Assembly: GCA_965659745.1 (NCBI GenBank)
Contig: CBFHXF010000008.1
Span: forward strand, 1 to 55,315
From: Bacteroidia bacterium
GTDB lineage: Bacteria; Bacteroidota; Bacteroidia; NS11-12g; UBA955
Length of the DNA stretch: 55,315 nt
Reading direction: 5' to 3'
Under the pieces are notes generated by a model. That model did no database searches. It saw only the letters and a program-made list of their open reading frames with translations, and was not told where the DNA came from. A program made the position numbers and the translations under genes. Below, one piece after another: positions 21,357 to 33,300 of the stretch. Within the stretch, counting starts at the first letter, position 1. Each line of letters begins with the position of its first letter.

Positions 21357-22766
21357 TTACTGAAACTCGTAAGCGCCTATATCGGTAGGATTATTACGCG
21401 GTTTGCCTTCCAAGTCAATTGATAGGCTTAAGGATGGAATTTGATTGATTGCATTTGAGTTGGCTTCCAGGTGGTAATCGCCATTTGCGGTGCTGGTAAA
21501 GAACGGGTCTCGGTTAAAGATATTCTGATTGCCTTTGAATACCTCCAACTCGTCTTGGGTTTTTAATAGGTTGTAGGTGGTGTTGCTAACATCAAAAGCA
21601 GCACGATCGGAACGATCGAGGGCAATTTCCTCGCTTTTATACCCCCATACAATGGAGTGTTTCAAACTCATACGGAGGGGAAGTGTGTTTATTAAGAAGC
21701 CATTGCCATCACGTAAGGTATTGGTCAATCCGAAATGTCCGCCGTTCCGGTTTGTAAAAAAGGAATAATCGGCAAAGGTGCAATGGTTGAATTGATAGCT
21801 TCCCCCAAAATAACCCAAGAAAGAGTAACTACCCGCATCAGCGAAGAGGCAGTTTTCGGCCGATATAGCCCCGCTAACGCCTATTAAGCAGGCTTGTCCG
21901 CAATATTGAATACGGGTATTTTTGAGTACGAGGCAGGGATCGGTACCCAAGGCTTGAGAATCGGTTCTGCAGCCCACAATAGCATTGGTGATATCGGTAT
22001 GTTCAATGTTTCCGGTGCCACCGGGAGCGAAATACATGCCATACCATTGATTGGGATAGGTTTTAGTGGCTTCAATGGGCTTATCGCCGCGAATTTTAAT
22101 GCGTTCTTCTGCCGTTCCGTTCATTTCCAATCGACCAAAAACATAAATGCCGGAGCGGGCAGAGGCATAAATTTGCACGCCTTTTTCGATGGTGAATTTA
22201 GAATTGGGCGCTACATATGCCCCGTCTATTATCACATACGGTTTGGTTTTATCAGACCAAACGGTGTTGTTAGGAATGATGCTATCGCGCACATAATGGG
22301 CATCCCAACCGTAGGCGGCCAGGATGAGTTTGGAACTTTGATTTCCCACATTGGCGTATAGAGAATCTAAAACGAGTAAGGGTTGGGTTTGATTATTGGC
22401 TTCGAGTTTGCATTGTACGAATACAAAAACACTGTCTTGCGGCGCAATTTCAAGTTGGTTGATTTCATTTCCAGAAATGCCGTCGATATTGATTCGGTAA
22501 GGCGATTGGGTGCCACCCGCTACTTTAAAATCAGCTTTTACCCAAAAATCGCTATTGTTTTTTACACTTAGGAGTTTGGTAACGGAAATGGGATAGGTGC
22601 CGGTTTGGGGCTGTCGGGTAAAAATGGTATCGAAAAAGATAGAATCTGTTGAAAATTGCAATTTTGAATTCTGGGTGAATTCGGGAGATTTAATACAGGC
22701 GTTCAGGAAGAATAGAATTCCCAAGAGAAAATAAAAGGGGGATATGGGTTTTTGGGTTTTATTCAC
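21357..22766 (-). CDS. Hypothetical lipoprotein with Ig-like and beta-helix-like regions
   Basis: Lipobox FLNAC; FSTDSIFFDTIF; FNHCTF; DPFF...GDYHL...S.AIN and DIGAYE C-terminal motif. Confidence 0.75.
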   Translation of the reverse strand: MNKTQKPISPFYFLLGILFFLNACIKSPEFTQNSKLQFSTDSIFFDTIFTRQPQTGTYPISVTKLLSVKNNSDFWVKADFKVAGGTQSPYRINIDGISGNEINQLEIAPQDSVFVFVQCKLEANNQTQPLLVLDSLYANVGNQSSKLILAAYGWDAHYVRDSIIPNNTVWSDKTKPYVIIDGAYVAPNSKFTIEKGVQIYASARSGIYVFGRLEMNGTAEERIKIRGDKPIEATKTYPNQWYGMYFAPGGTGNIEHTDITNAIVGCRTDSQALGTDPCLVLKNTRIQYCGQACLIGVSGAISAENCLFADAGSYSFLGYFGGSYQFNHCTFADYSFFTNRNGGHFGLTNTLRDGNGFLINTLPLRMSLKHSIVWGYKSEEIALDRSDRAAFDVSNTTYNLLKTQDELEVFKGNQNIFNRDPFFTSTANGDYHLEANSNAINQIPSLSLSIDLEGKPRNNPTDIGAYEFQ

Positions 22767-22781
22767 GCGACTGCGAAAGTA

Positions 22782-23705
22782 CTATTTAAAAATGTCTTCG
22801 TTATTGAGAATACTCTGATAACTATAATAACGCTCTTGGGGGATGTTTCCTTGTTCAAGTTGGGCTAAAACGGCACATTCGGGCTCATGGGTATGCGTAC
22901 AGTTACTGAATTTACATGATTTCATGAAGCGTCGGAACTCTGGAAAATAGTGCGGCAGCTCTTCTGCAGGAATATCCACGACTCCAAAATCGCGAATACC
23001 GGGGGTATCAATGATCTGAGTACCGTCTTCGGTGGTATACATTTCAGCAAAAGTAGTGGTGTGTTTTCCTTTAGAGTGGTATTCGGAAATAACCCCAACT
23101 CGTGCTTTAAAATTGGGATATAAGGCGTTCATTAGCGTGGATTTGCCCACGCCAGAATGACCGGCTAATAAAATACGCTTTCCTAGTGTATTGGCTTTGA
23201 ATGCATTGGCCGTTTCGGGCGATAATGCAGAACCGAAGTAAATTTGCACTTTGGCATGTTCGTAAATGCGAAAAATTTCCTCCTTTACAGAATCGAATTG
23301 ATCGCCTAATAGATCGGCCTTATTAAGAAATAAAATGGAAGGCACATGATAGGCCTCGCAGCCTACTAAAAACCGATCTATGAATCCTAATGAGGTGCGG
23401 GGTGAAATGATGCTTGCCACCAACACGGCAGCATCTAAGTTACTGGCAAGAATCTGCCGTTTGGAACTGAGTTTATTGGCTTTTCTAATGACCCAATTAT
23501 TTCGGGGGAAGACTTCAATGATGCTGGCGGTATTTTCATAATTGATATCTTCTTCAAAGCGCACCCGATCTCCCACAGCAACAGGATTACTGGTGTCGAG
23601 GCCTTGAAGTCGCATTTTTCCTCGGGTACGGGCTTGCCACACGTGACCGTCATCGGTTCGAACCATATACCAGCTGCCGGTTGATTTGGTTACGGTTCCT
23701 TCCAT
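22782..23705 (-). CDS. rsgA: Ribosome small subunit-dependent GTPase A
   Basis: AVGDRV, NKAD, GHSGVGKS, GKHTTT, DTPG, CKFSNCTHTHEPEC. Start ATG 23705 (MEGTVTKSTG). Confidence 0.95.
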   Translation of the reverse strand: MEGTVTKSTGSWYMVRTDDGHVWQARTRGKMRLQGLDTSNPVAVGDRVRFEEDINYENTASIIEVFPRNNWVIRKANKLSSKRQILASNLDAAVLVASIISPRTSLGFIDRFLVGCEAYHVPSILFLNKADLLGDQFDSVKEEIFRIYEHAKVQIYFGSALSPETANAFKANTLGKRILLAGHSGVGKSTLMNALYPNFKARVGVISEYHSKGKHTTTFAEMYTTEDGTQIIDTPGIRDFGVVDIPAEELPHYFPEFRRFMKSCKFSNCTHTHEPECAVLAQLEQGNIPQERYYSYQSILNNEDIFK

Positions 23706-23709
23706 GTAA

Positions 23710-24663
23710 TTAGAAAATACGTTTACAGATTTCTTTGGTTTGATGCGACTTACCCATGGTGTAAAAGTGCAAAACGGGTACATCGGCATCCATAAGTTCT
23801 TTGCATTGTTGGGCGGCCCATTCAATACCTACTTGGTTTACGGCTTCATTATTTTTGCAAGTTTCTACGGCGCTTACCAAGGCATCGGGCAAATCGATAT
23901 GGAATATTTTTGGCAATACACTGAGTTGTTTTTTCGTTGCCAAGGGTTTGATACCGGGTATGATAGGCACATTTATACCGTTTTCGCGGCATTTTTTAAC
24001 GAAATCGAAATAATATTGATTGTCAAAAAACATTTGTGTTACCAAAAACTCGGCACCGGCTTCTACCTTGCGTTTCAAATACCGTAAATCGGATTGTAAG
24101 TTGGGGGCATCCATATGTTTTTCTGGATAACAGGCTGCACCAATGCAGAAATTACTTTCTACAGCATTGCTTAATTCTTCATCTAAATACACACCAGAAT
24201 TCATGTTTTTAACTTGATGAATCAGGTCGAGGGCGTTTTTATTGCCGTCGTTTTCTGGTGTAAAATGCAAATCTCCATGACGTGCATCGCCCCTTAATGC
24301 CAATACGTTATCAATGCCCAAAAAGTTCAATTCTATAAGGGCGGTTTCCGTGTCGTCGCGGGTAAATCCGCCGCATATGATATGGGGAACCGCATCGATT
24401 CGGTATTTATTTTGGATGGCCGCACAAATGGCTACAGTTCCAGGACGTTTGCGGGTTGATACACGGTCAAAGGAGCCGTCAGGACGGCGCTTGAGGATAA
24501 AATCTTCGCGGTGATAGGTAACATCAATGAAGGAAGGATCGAATTCTAATAGTGGATCGATACCATCATAAATATTTTGTATGCCTTCTCCTTTTAATGG
24601 GGGAAGTATTTCGAACGAAAACAGGGTGCGATTGCGTTGGGCTATATGTTCGTTGATTTTCAT
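23710..24663 (-). CDS. metF: Methylenetetrahydrofolate reductase
   Basis: FSFEILPP, IDVTY, LALRGD, YPEKH, TQMFFD, PIIPGI, LHFYTM. Confidence 0.95.
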   Translation of the reverse strand: MKINEHIAQRNRTLFSFEILPPLKGEGIQNIYDGIDPLLEFDPSFIDVTYHREDFILKRRPDGSFDRVSTRKRPGTVAICAAIQNKYRIDAVPHIICGGFTRDDTETALIELNFLGIDNVLALRGDARHGDLHFTPENDGNKNALDLIHQVKNMNSGVYLDEELSNAVESNFCIGAACYPEKHMDAPNLQSDLRYLKRKVEAGAEFLVTQMFFDNQYYFDFVKKCRENGINVPIIPGIKPLATKKQLSVLPKIFHIDLPDALVSAVETCKNNEAVNQVGIEWAAQQCKELMDADVPVLHFYTMGKSHQTKEICKRIF

Positions 24664-26375
24664 TAAAAGGTAACGTTTACGGTATAGGTGCCTTTGTTGC
24701 GAATTACAGTCACAGGAACCGTATCTCCTTTTTCGAATTTTCCCAGGGCAGACATATAACCCATCATGTCTTTAACGGGATAGTCGCCAATTTGGATCAC
24801 CACATCGTCGCGTTGCAAGCCGGCAGCTGCCGCAGGTCTATCAGGTGTAACACCATCTATGCGCATGCCTTCACCCGAAAATGAGTAGTCGGGCATCACA
24901 CCTAAAGTTACTTTAAAACGCATTTTGCCTGGTGAAATGTCTTTGGTTTTAACAAAGTCTAACTTTTTCTTTTTAGTATGACAAACGATTTGTTTGATTG
25001 CTTGAATGCTGTGGTACATACCTTGGTAATTGATGCGATTTTCATCATCATCGGGGGTATGGTAATCTCGATGCTGACCAGAGAAAAAGTGTAATACTGG
25101 AATGTTTTCCAAATAAAAACTAGCATGGTCTGATGGACCTAAGCCGCTTTCAGTTGTGGCAATTTTTATATTTTGGGTATCGGTTTCCAGTTTTTTTAAC
25201 ACGTCAATCCATTTGCTAGAGGTTCCTACTCCGTTTATAGTTAATGTTTTCTTGGTAGAATCGATACGACCCAGCATATCGATATTAATCACATAATTGA
25301 TTTTATCTAACGGAATTAATGGATTTTTAGTGAAATATTTAGAACCTAGTAGTCCTAATTCTTCACCGCTAAAAGCAATAAATAAATAGTTGTTCTTACG
25401 AAGTCCCCATTTGTTTAGTTGTTTTGAAAGCTCAATCATTGCGGCGACCCCTGAGGCATTATCATCGGCACCATTGTGAATAGCCTGTGGTCCTTTGTAC
25501 CGGCTGTTGTCATACTCGTTGAAGCCTATATGGTCGTGGTGAGCACAGATAATTACGGTTTTTTTACGATGGTTATTTTTGTACCCAATTACATTATGTC
25601 CTTTAACTTGAGGTGTAATTACTTTACTTTTCATTGTAACCGTAAGTCCACGGGGAAGAGGTCGGGTTTGTGCAAAGTAGAAAACTGGAATTTTGCATGG
25701 TTTGATATTGCGATCTAACTTTCCACTTGGAGCGGGTTCATTTGTGTCATTTCGGAAAAAAACGATACCTATAGCCCCGTATTTTATCGCATTTTCTACC
25801 TTCGTATTGATATCGGCATATTGAGCAACTTCACTATGGGGATTCTCGGATTTTCCAAAGAATCCTAGTCGAATAGCCGCGATTTTTCCTTTTACATCTT
25901 CACCTTCGAATTCGTTTTTATTTAATTTCTCGGCAATAATTCCGTAGCCAACATCTACGACTTCTGCGGTGCAACTGTCGTTATCTGCCGTTTGTGAAAG
26001 TGGGTAATAATCTTCATTCATTTTAAATGGGGTTGCGGCGTGCAATGCCCCGCCCATGGGATTGATTTGCAGTATACATTCGTCGGAAGCAATGCGAAAC
26101 TGTGTCATTGTAAATTCCTGAAATCCATTTTCACCCCAAAGTTTGAGACGGTTTTTTTTGAATTCTTTGGCGATATAGGTAGCACTTAGCAACTCACCCG
26201 GTGAGCCGGTTTGGCGCCCTTGTAGTTCATCTGAAGCCAAATAGGAAACATGCGACTTAAGGCGTTGCATAGATTCCCATTGATCTTTGGAAAAGCCTGC
26301 AGGTATCTGAGCCGTTAAGGCGGCGCTTACCGTTAAGAATACACTTAAAAGTCGTATGTGTTTAGAATAATTCAT
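24663..26375 (-). CDS. M28 family peptidase with PA and C-terminal PDZ domains
   Basis: Signal peptide; AHHDH, NGADDNASG, GEELGLLGS, NIDMLGR, SDH, YH; PDZ GVMPD...PAAAAGLQRDDV. Confidence 0.9.
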   Translation of the reverse strand: MNYSKHIRLLSVFLTVSAALTAQIPAGFSKDQWESMQRLKSHVSYLASDELQGRQTGSPGELLSATYIAKEFKKNRLKLWGENGFQEFTMTQFRIASDECILQINPMGGALHAATPFKMNEDYYPLSQTADNDSCTAEVVDVGYGIIAEKLNKNEFEGEDVKGKIAAIRLGFFGKSENPHSEVAQYADINTKVENAIKYGAIGIVFFRNDTNEPAPSGKLDRNIKPCKIPVFYFAQTRPLPRGLTVTMKSKVITPQVKGHNVIGYKNNHRKKTVIICAHHDHIGFNEYDNSRYKGPQAIHNGADDNASGVAAMIELSKQLNKWGLRKNNYLFIAFSGEELGLLGSKYFTKNPLIPLDKINYVINIDMLGRIDSTKKTLTINGVGTSSKWIDVLKKLETDTQNIKIATTESGLGPSDHASFYLENIPVLHFFSGQHRDYHTPDDDENRINYQGMYHSIQAIKQIVCHTKKKKLDFVKTKDISPGKMRFKVTLGVMPDYSFSGEGMRIDGVTPDRPAAAAGLQRDDVVIQIGDYPVKDMMGYMSALGKFEKGDTVPVTVIRNKGTYTVNVTF

Positions 26376-27213
26376 ATAGTGTTTTTATTAAAATGATACC
26401 AGAAAGTAATGCAAATATAAATCGGATGATTGGGGAAGGCGTTTTTAATGCAGTTTTTTGTCCAAAAGATGAAAAAATAACCACGCCTAAGGCCATTGGA
26501 ATGTAAAACAAACCAACTAGGTATTGTGTTTGAAAAAGTTTCATGGTATTGAGCGTGGGCAATACCGCGTTACTTAGTAAAGGGGCATCGGTAACACTCA
26601 AATATTGGATAATTGGAAAAATTGAGAGAAGGGGCACCACGCTTAGAGATAAGGCAGTGGCTTTTTTTACCGGCAATTTGAGGATCATCCGAAAAAGGGG
26701 AACCATAACAATTCCTCCTCCTAATCCGCTCATGGAAACCACGGTTCCGGCAAATAAACCCACTATAAGTCGAGCAAGAGTAGAGGTGTTTTCGGTATTT
26801 ACGGGACTTGAATCGTCTTCTTTTTTGAAAAGCATATTTCCGATAGATAATAATAAGAATCCCAAGAAAACCCAAGTAAATCGTTCGTGGCTATACCAAT
26901 TTCCATGTTGTATGGCATAACTCATAGCGGCCGCTGCTGCGGCACCGGGTATGCCTACGGTAAGACTTTTTCTAAAATCGTAAATACCCATTTTGATTTG
27001 GCGGTAAATGCCAGAAAGTCCCGAAGCAAAAACCAGGGTAATGGAATTAGCCAAAGTAAAACGAACGGCTTCTTCGTTGGAGATCCCGGGAAATTGCGCA
27101 AATAGGTAAGTGAGTATCGGTATGAAAACCAAGCCGCCTCCCACGCCCATAATACCCGCCAAGAAACCACCTATGGAACCAATTAGAAGTAGAATAATTA
27201 ATAGAATCATCAA
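26362..27213 (-). CDS. TauE/SafE (TSUP) family permease
   Basis: Duplicated GIMGVGGG...IP and GLGGGIVMVP motifs; multiple TM segments. Confidence 0.85.
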   Translation of the reverse strand: MMILLIILLLIGSIGGFLAGIMGVGGGLVFIPILTYLFAQFPGISNEEAVRFTLANSITLVFASGLSGIYRQIKMGIYDFRKSLTVGIPGAAAAAAMSYAIQHGNWYSHERFTWVFLGFLLLSIGNMLFKKEDDSSPVNTENTSTLARLIVGLFAGTVVSMSGLGGGIVMVPLFRMILKLPVKKATALSLSVVPLLSIFPIIQYLSVTDAPLLSNAVLPTLNTMKLFQTQYLVGLFYIPMALGVVIFSSFGQKTALKTPSPIIRFIFALLSGIILIKTLYELF

Positions 27214-27216
27214 TAA

Positions 27217-28815
27217 TTATTTGGGATTAACAATTTTCGAAATCCGTTCTGGATTTGCAAGATAGGCCGAGGCCTTATCTATAAGAGGATCTTTAGTTAA
27301 CATTGTTTGGTGATACTTGGACTTGTCATACCAACGCTGGTAAAGGGCTTGTCGCAACTCATACAAGTACCATTCTTGGTTGTTTTTGATGTCTTGATTC
27401 ATCCATTTTTCTATGGCAGCGGTATTGACTTGTAAAAAGTCGGTGCGATTGAAAATACTGGAGTCGCTACTTTTTGATACCAAATTGTTGAGGGATTTTC
27501 CGACTTTTTCAGAGCCTTTTACGGTTGCAAATTGGGCAAAATCACTAAGTAAATCGAATGCATTATCGGGATTTTTAGTTTTCCAAAATGCTTCTTTTTG
27601 GTTGGCATAATCGAAAATGAGCAATTCGCGTTTCATCCAATTCATTAGGTCTAAGGGTTCTGATTGATTGATGTTTACATCGGGATGCACGCCAGATCCG
27701 TCAAAAACGGGTCGCCCATTTTTTGTTTTAAAGGCCTGTTTGGGGGAATTTCCCGAACGGCGGTAATCAATTTTTTGGATGCAACGGCCCGAGGGTATGT
27801 GATATCGGGCAGTGGTTATTTTCATTTGAGTACGGTAAGGCAGATTTTTATAATTCTGTACCAAACCTTTTCCGAAGCTGGGCGATCCAATGATAAGGGC
27901 ACGGTCTAAATCTTGCAAACTGCCGCTTACCACTTCTGAAGCGGAGGCCGAGGATTCATTGATGAGAACTACAACGGGCAGATTAGGGGCTAGGGGTTCG
28001 TTGGGAGTGCGCCAAGGTTGGTTGCCGCTTTTGTGTGCTCCTTTCAGGTAAACAACAAGTGTGTTTTTAGGAACAAATAAACCCACAATTTCTACGGCTT
28101 GATCTAGAAGTCCGCCGCCGTTATTTCTCAGATCTAAGACCAGTCCTTTTATTTGGTTGCTATCGATTTGATGTTTCAGTGCTTGCGCAATTTCCTGGGC
28201 ACAATCGCGGCCAAATTCATCGAGTTTGATATAACCGAAATTGTTTTTTAAGATTCCACTATAAGATACGGATTTGGATTCAACCTGGCTGCGGGTTACC
28301 AATCTTACAAGGGTGTCTTTTTGCGCCCGTAGAATGGTTACGTTGAAACTTGTATTCGGAGCACCCCTAAAATACTGCATCATTTCGTCTATGGGTCGGT
28401 CTCGTAGGTCAATATCTCCGGCTTTTAAAATCACATCGCCTTGTTTGATTCCAGCTTTATCGAAACCATATCCTTTTTCAATTTCCAAAACCATGGGGAA
28501 GTGGTTTTGTATAATTACCCTGCAACCTACGCCCCCATATTCTCCTTGTCTTTCGATTAAGGCTTCTTCAGCTTGGTATTCCGAATAAAATACGGTGTAG
28601 GGGTCTAGGTTTTTAAGCATGTTTTTAATGGCGATCTGGGCCATTTCCGATGCGGGCACTTCTTCTACATATTCTTCTTGAACGGTTTTGTACACATGAG
28701 AGAATATTTCAAGATGTTTGCTAAATTCAAATAGGTCGTTACCATATTTAAACCCACTGAGGGTTAAAATAAAAAGGAATAGTATTAATACGGACTTAGG
28801 TATAAAAATGCGCAC
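27217..28815 (-). CDS. S41 family carboxyl-terminal processing peptidase
   Basis: LDPYT, PDZ domain, LDLRNNGGG, SASASEVVSG, FGKGLVQ, TARY..PSGRCIQ. Start is GTG 28815 or TTG 28821. Confidence 0.92.
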   Translation of the reverse strand: MRIFIPKSVLILFLFILTLSGFKYGNDLFEFSKHLEIFSHVYKTVQEEYVEEVPASEMAQIAIKNMLKNLDPYTVFYSEYQAEEALIERQGEYGGVGCRVIIQNHFPMVLEIEKGYGFDKAGIKQGDVILKAGDIDLRDRPIDEMMQYFRGAPNTSFNVTILRAQKDTLVRLVTRSQVESKSVSYSGILKNNFGYIKLDEFGRDCAQEIAQALKHQIDSNQIKGLVLDLRNNGGGLLDQAVEIVGLFVPKNTLVVYLKGAHKSGNQPWRTPNEPLAPNLPVVVLINESSASASEVVSGSLQDLDRALIIGSPSFGKGLVQNYKNLPYRTQMKITTARYHIPSGRCIQKIDYRRSGNSPKQAFKTKNGRPVFDGSGVHPDVNINQSEPLDLMNWMKRELLIFDYANQKEAFWKTKNPDNAFDLLSDFAQFATVKGSEKVGKSLNNLVSKSSDSSIFNRTDFLQVNTAAIEKWMNQDIKNNQEWYLYELRQALYQRWYDKSKYHQTMLTKDPLIDKASAYLANPERISKIVNPK

Positions 28816-28911
28816 ATTCAAAAATACACTTTCGATGGGGAATGCGGGTAACTCTATCGATAAAAGAGTACTTTTTGCACATATTGGTCTGGCATGATTA
28901 CCTTTGTGAAT

Positions 28912-30201
28912 ATGCGGAATAGCTTGAACTTAGAACAAAAATTGGCAGAATGGATATACCAATGGTTATTGGAAATGGGCATTGCTGAAGAAAAAGCACT
29001 TTGGGTCAAACTAGGAGTATTAATGGGTGTTTTGATACTCCTAGTTTGGGTTATCGCCTTTGTTTCAAGGCGCTTGGTACAGTCATCAATACGGGCCTAT
29101 TCTGAGCGGGTAAATCAACCCTTGTTAAATGTGTTGGTCGAGAATCAAACTTTCAAATATTTGACACGCTTGATTCCGTTAATATTTGCCATGATATCTA
29201 TGCCCATTGTATTGCATGGGTTTGATAACATTGTAGATCCAGCTCAAACCATTATTGGATTGCTAATGATATTAACTGTTAATCAGTTTATACAATCGGT
29301 ATTGAAATTCGTAAAAGTTGTACTTTTAAATTCAGAAGCCTTAAAAGACAAACCCATTGCAGCCTACGTACAAGTGGGCAGTATCGTGGTGAATATATTG
29401 TCATTACTCATTGCAATTTCGCTGTTAACGGATCGTTCTATCCTCAGCCTACTAACGGCTGTAGGTGCCATGAGTGCCGCGCTTTTATTGATATTTAAAG
29501 ATACGCTTGCAGGTTTGGCCGCTTCTGTAAGAATTTCATCATCTGATATGTTGCGAAATGGCGATTGGATTGAGTTTTCTAAATATGGAGCTGACGGTAC
29601 GGTTATGGACATCAATTTGGTGAGTGTAAAGGTGCGAAATTTCGATAATACCTACACCACCGTACCCACATCGGCGTTTACCGCGGATGCTTTCAAAAAT
29701 TGGAGGGGTATGGAAGAGTCAGACGGTCGGAGAATCAAGCGCTCGGTAACGATTTCTCAGCACAGCGTGCAATTCGCATCCTCAGAAATGATAGAGAAAT
29801 TTCAAAAGCACCCCCTACTAAGCGATTATATAAAGGAGAAATTAACTGAAATAAGCCGCCACAACGAAAAGGTACAAAAAGAAGGTAAAGGGGTAGCAAG
29901 GAATTTGACCAACTTGGGTTTGTTTCGGGTGTATTTGAGGAATTATTTGGCTGAAAGAGCCGATATTAATAAGGACATGACTTTATTGGTGCGTCAATTG
30001 TCGCCGAGTGAAAATGGGGTTCCAATGGAAATTTACTGTTTTTCAAAAATTAAAGCATGGGTCGATTTTGAAAATATACAATCCGATATTTTTGATCATG
30101 TTTTTGCATCTGTGAAAGATTTTAATTTAGAGATTTTTGAAAATCCTAGCGATAAGTCTTTCAGTAGATTAATTAAGATGAGCGAAGATTCTGAATCTTA
30201 A
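28912..30201 (+). CDS. Mechanosensitive ion channel, MscS family (YbdG-like)
   Basis: FKDTLAG, GDWIE..KYGADG, VKVRNFDNT, FKNWRGMEESDGRRIKRS, TNLGLFR, IQSDIFDH. ATG 28912 follows TACCTTTG. Confidence 0.92.
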   Translation: MRNSLNLEQKLAEWIYQWLLEMGIAEEKALWVKLGVLMGVLILLVWVIAFVSRRLVQSSIRAYSERVNQPLLNVLVENQTFKYLTRLIPLIFAMISMPIVLHGFDNIVDPAQTIIGLLMILTVNQFIQSVLKFVKVVLLNSEALKDKPIAAYVQVGSIVVNILSLLIAISLLTDRSILSLLTAVGAMSAALLLIFKDTLAGLAASVRISSSDMLRNGDWIEFSKYGADGTVMDINLVSVKVRNFDNTYTTVPTSAFTADAFKNWRGMEESDGRRIKRSVTISQHSVQFASSEMIEKFQKHPLLSDYIKEKLTEISRHNEKVQKEGKGVARNLTNLGLFRVYLRNYLAERADINKDMTLLVRQLSPSENGVPMEIYCFSKIKAWVDFENIQSDIFDHVFASVKDFNLEIFENPSDKSFSRLIKMSEDSES

Positions 30202-30300
30202 GTGCATTTTTGGCACTATTCGTGTAGCATATTCTGAACAAGTCAGATACCATAGGTTTATTTAAAATAGGCCTATTGTATTTTTGACTTTCCAATCTAT

Positions 30301-33300
30301 ATGATCAAACGGCATATCTTTCTATTATTATGGTCTATTTGTTGGGGCTGTTCTTCCCTTTCGGCCCAGCTGTCGGGTGATTATACCTTGGGGGGGGCAA
30401 CGGGTGCCCGTAATTTTACTTCTTGGGTTGATTTTGTAAACGAATGGAACAAAAATGGAGTTTCAGGTAATGTACGTTTGCGGGTATTGAAAAACGATAC
30501 GCTCAAACAAAGCCTGATTTTAAAGCAGCATTCCAGCGCACCAACAAAGGCAAATAGACGTATAACCGTTTTAGGAAATGGATTTAAAATCCTTGGAAAT
30601 TTCAATAAAGAGGTATTGCATTTACAAGGAATGGATCATCTGATTTTGAAAAAACTCAATATCGAGAATACAGCTACATCAAGCTCCTTGTTGGGAATTC
30701 GATTTTCAAATCGCGCAGATAGCAATCAAGTAGATAGTTGTACGGTTGTTTTTTCACAGCTGGCACGAAAAGGTTCAGATACCGGAGCTTACATTGCTTT
30801 TGCCGCCGATACCGGTCGTATAAGTCGCAATGTAGCCCAACACCCGGGCATCGGGAATAGCATCACCCACGGTCGCTTTTATTCTGTATTAAGCCAATCT
30901 CCAGGTCCCTTTTACGGAATCTACGACAAACAAGGGAGTCAGGATTATACACGGATTCCAACACAAAACAGAATTGACTCTAATACCATTTCAACGTTTT
31001 ATTCGGTTGGTGTTTTAATGCAATTCATTAATGGCGAATATTGCCGTGGCAATGTGATTACCCGGGAAAATTGTAGTTCAACTAGTACTACCGATACCAC
31101 ATTAATTGGCATTTTTTGTTTGGATGGGCGTTCCGACAGCCAGGCAATAACAATAACCCACAATCGCATAGAACATCTTCCCTATAAAAATGCAGATATT
31201 AAAGATGCCGCCAATTTTATATGGAATTTGTACGGCATAAATGCATGGAAGATATCCGGAGGCGGCAAAAAAGTGGTGTTGATTGATAATAACGCATTTG
31301 AGGATTTCGTGTATTATTCTCGATTTCATGGCATATTATCTCAATACGGAGAACAAATAAGTATTTCTTATAATAATTTCTATGATATCGAAGGAGATAG
31401 GGGCTATTCGTTTGGTATTTACTCGCAGTTGGGTGACGATGTAAAGATTGAGTTTAATCGGCTTCGTAATATTGATTTTGGAAGCCATAATAGCGGCGAT
31501 GGGGTCTTAATCTTTGGCAATGAAATGGGATCGGGTACTTGGGGTGAAAACCGCATTTCAGGAAATATCTTAGATTCTAACAGGGCCAATAACGAGTTAT
31601 ATGCCATTGCCGTGATGCGGAAGGGCAATTGGGATATTTCAGAAAATAAAATTTCACATAACTACACGGTAGCCACGAAGGGACAAACAGTGGGCATATA
31701 CTTTTACTATTGCGTGAATATGTACATTCATGATAATCTGCTGGCTAATAATTACGGTCCGGCAGAAACGTATTACATCTATTCTACCAACTATAACACA
31801 AGTCAAAACCTATTTGTGTTTCACAATACCCTTTACGATTCCGTGCCTTCTAATTCAGCTCATGCTACGGCGATGGTATATTTAGACGACGATTCCCAAA
31901 CGGAAATTAGGGGTAATATCGTGCAAGGAGACGGCAGTGGAGATGTTTTTCCGATGTTTCTCAATACCGTGGCCTCTTTAGGGCCTGTAAAAGACAATTC
32001 CATCTATCTTAAAGGCTATTCCACAGAAAATTGGGCCTTTGAAGTCAATCAGTATACTGGTTTTACCGATTGGAATCGCTACGGCCCTAAAGATTCATTG
32101 ACCTATTGGTTTCCTGCTTCATTTGCCAATAAATCGACTGGTGATTTCAGATCAAGGGAATACCGCAATCAGAATAATGTAAATAGTTATAATATAACGC
32201 AACGCGATGTGAATGGGAAGTTGCGTAATGCCATGGCGGCCGATAGAGGCGCCGTTTGCGACAGTTTGAATTTGCGTATTCTATTAGGGTCGTCTATCCC
32301 CGATACCGTGTGTTCTGGATTTATATTGGCTCGGAATATTCAGGTAGTTAACGATTACGTGGATACGGTAATGGACCTTTCAATTTCGGTTAATCACGAC
32401 GGGTTTGTCAGCACCCAGAAAAGACGAATGAATCTTTTACCCAATGATACGGGTAGCTTTATTTTGGCAAACCCGATACAATTAGACCAATGGGGCTGGA
32501 ACGAGGTTTCGATTTATATAGGCAGTTCTAACGATAATCACCAAGACGATACCTTAAATTATAGGGTGTTTGTTAAACCATCGCCAGGCGGCACCCAGGT
32601 GCTTCCTCAAATCGATTCCAACCAATCTAACATACCCATCATTGGGTCGGCCTTTGATGTGGTACTTTGCCATACCAAAATTGGGTATTCGTTTTCTCCG
32701 CCCAGAGGATTTACGAGAAACGAATTTGGTTTTAACAATAAATGGGCGGCCTCTGTTCAGGCTTTTTCTCTCGGGGGAAGCCCAATTAAAGGGGCGCAGC
32801 TCGATAGTTCTAAAAGCGGTTCGGATTTAGGTTTTCGATTTGTAACCGGCGATACCTCTCTTGAGGATTCATTTATAATACTCAAACTGAGAATTATAGA
32901 TTTGAGTACAGGTTGCGACACCCTAATACAACGCCGCTTATATATAGAGCCTACTCCTTCAGTATTGTTTAAATCGGATTCCATTCTTTGCAATCAGGAT
33001 ACCTTGTACGTGAAAAATACAAGTTCGATACGTGCGGGCAATTCGTATATGCGTTATTTTTGGGAATTTGGCAATTCGGATACGAGTTCTGATTTTAACC
33101 CTACTGTGGTTTTTAGAGATACCGGTTGGCAATCCATAAAATTAACTATTACCACGTCGCCCTATAATTTTACCTTTTATTATTCAGACAGTGCATGGGT
33201 TAAACCTATCCCGGATGTTTCTTTTTCTAAGGGAAATGCATGTGAAGGCCGGAATGTAATATTTAAAAATGAGAGTGTTTCAAAAGCGGCGCGCTTCACT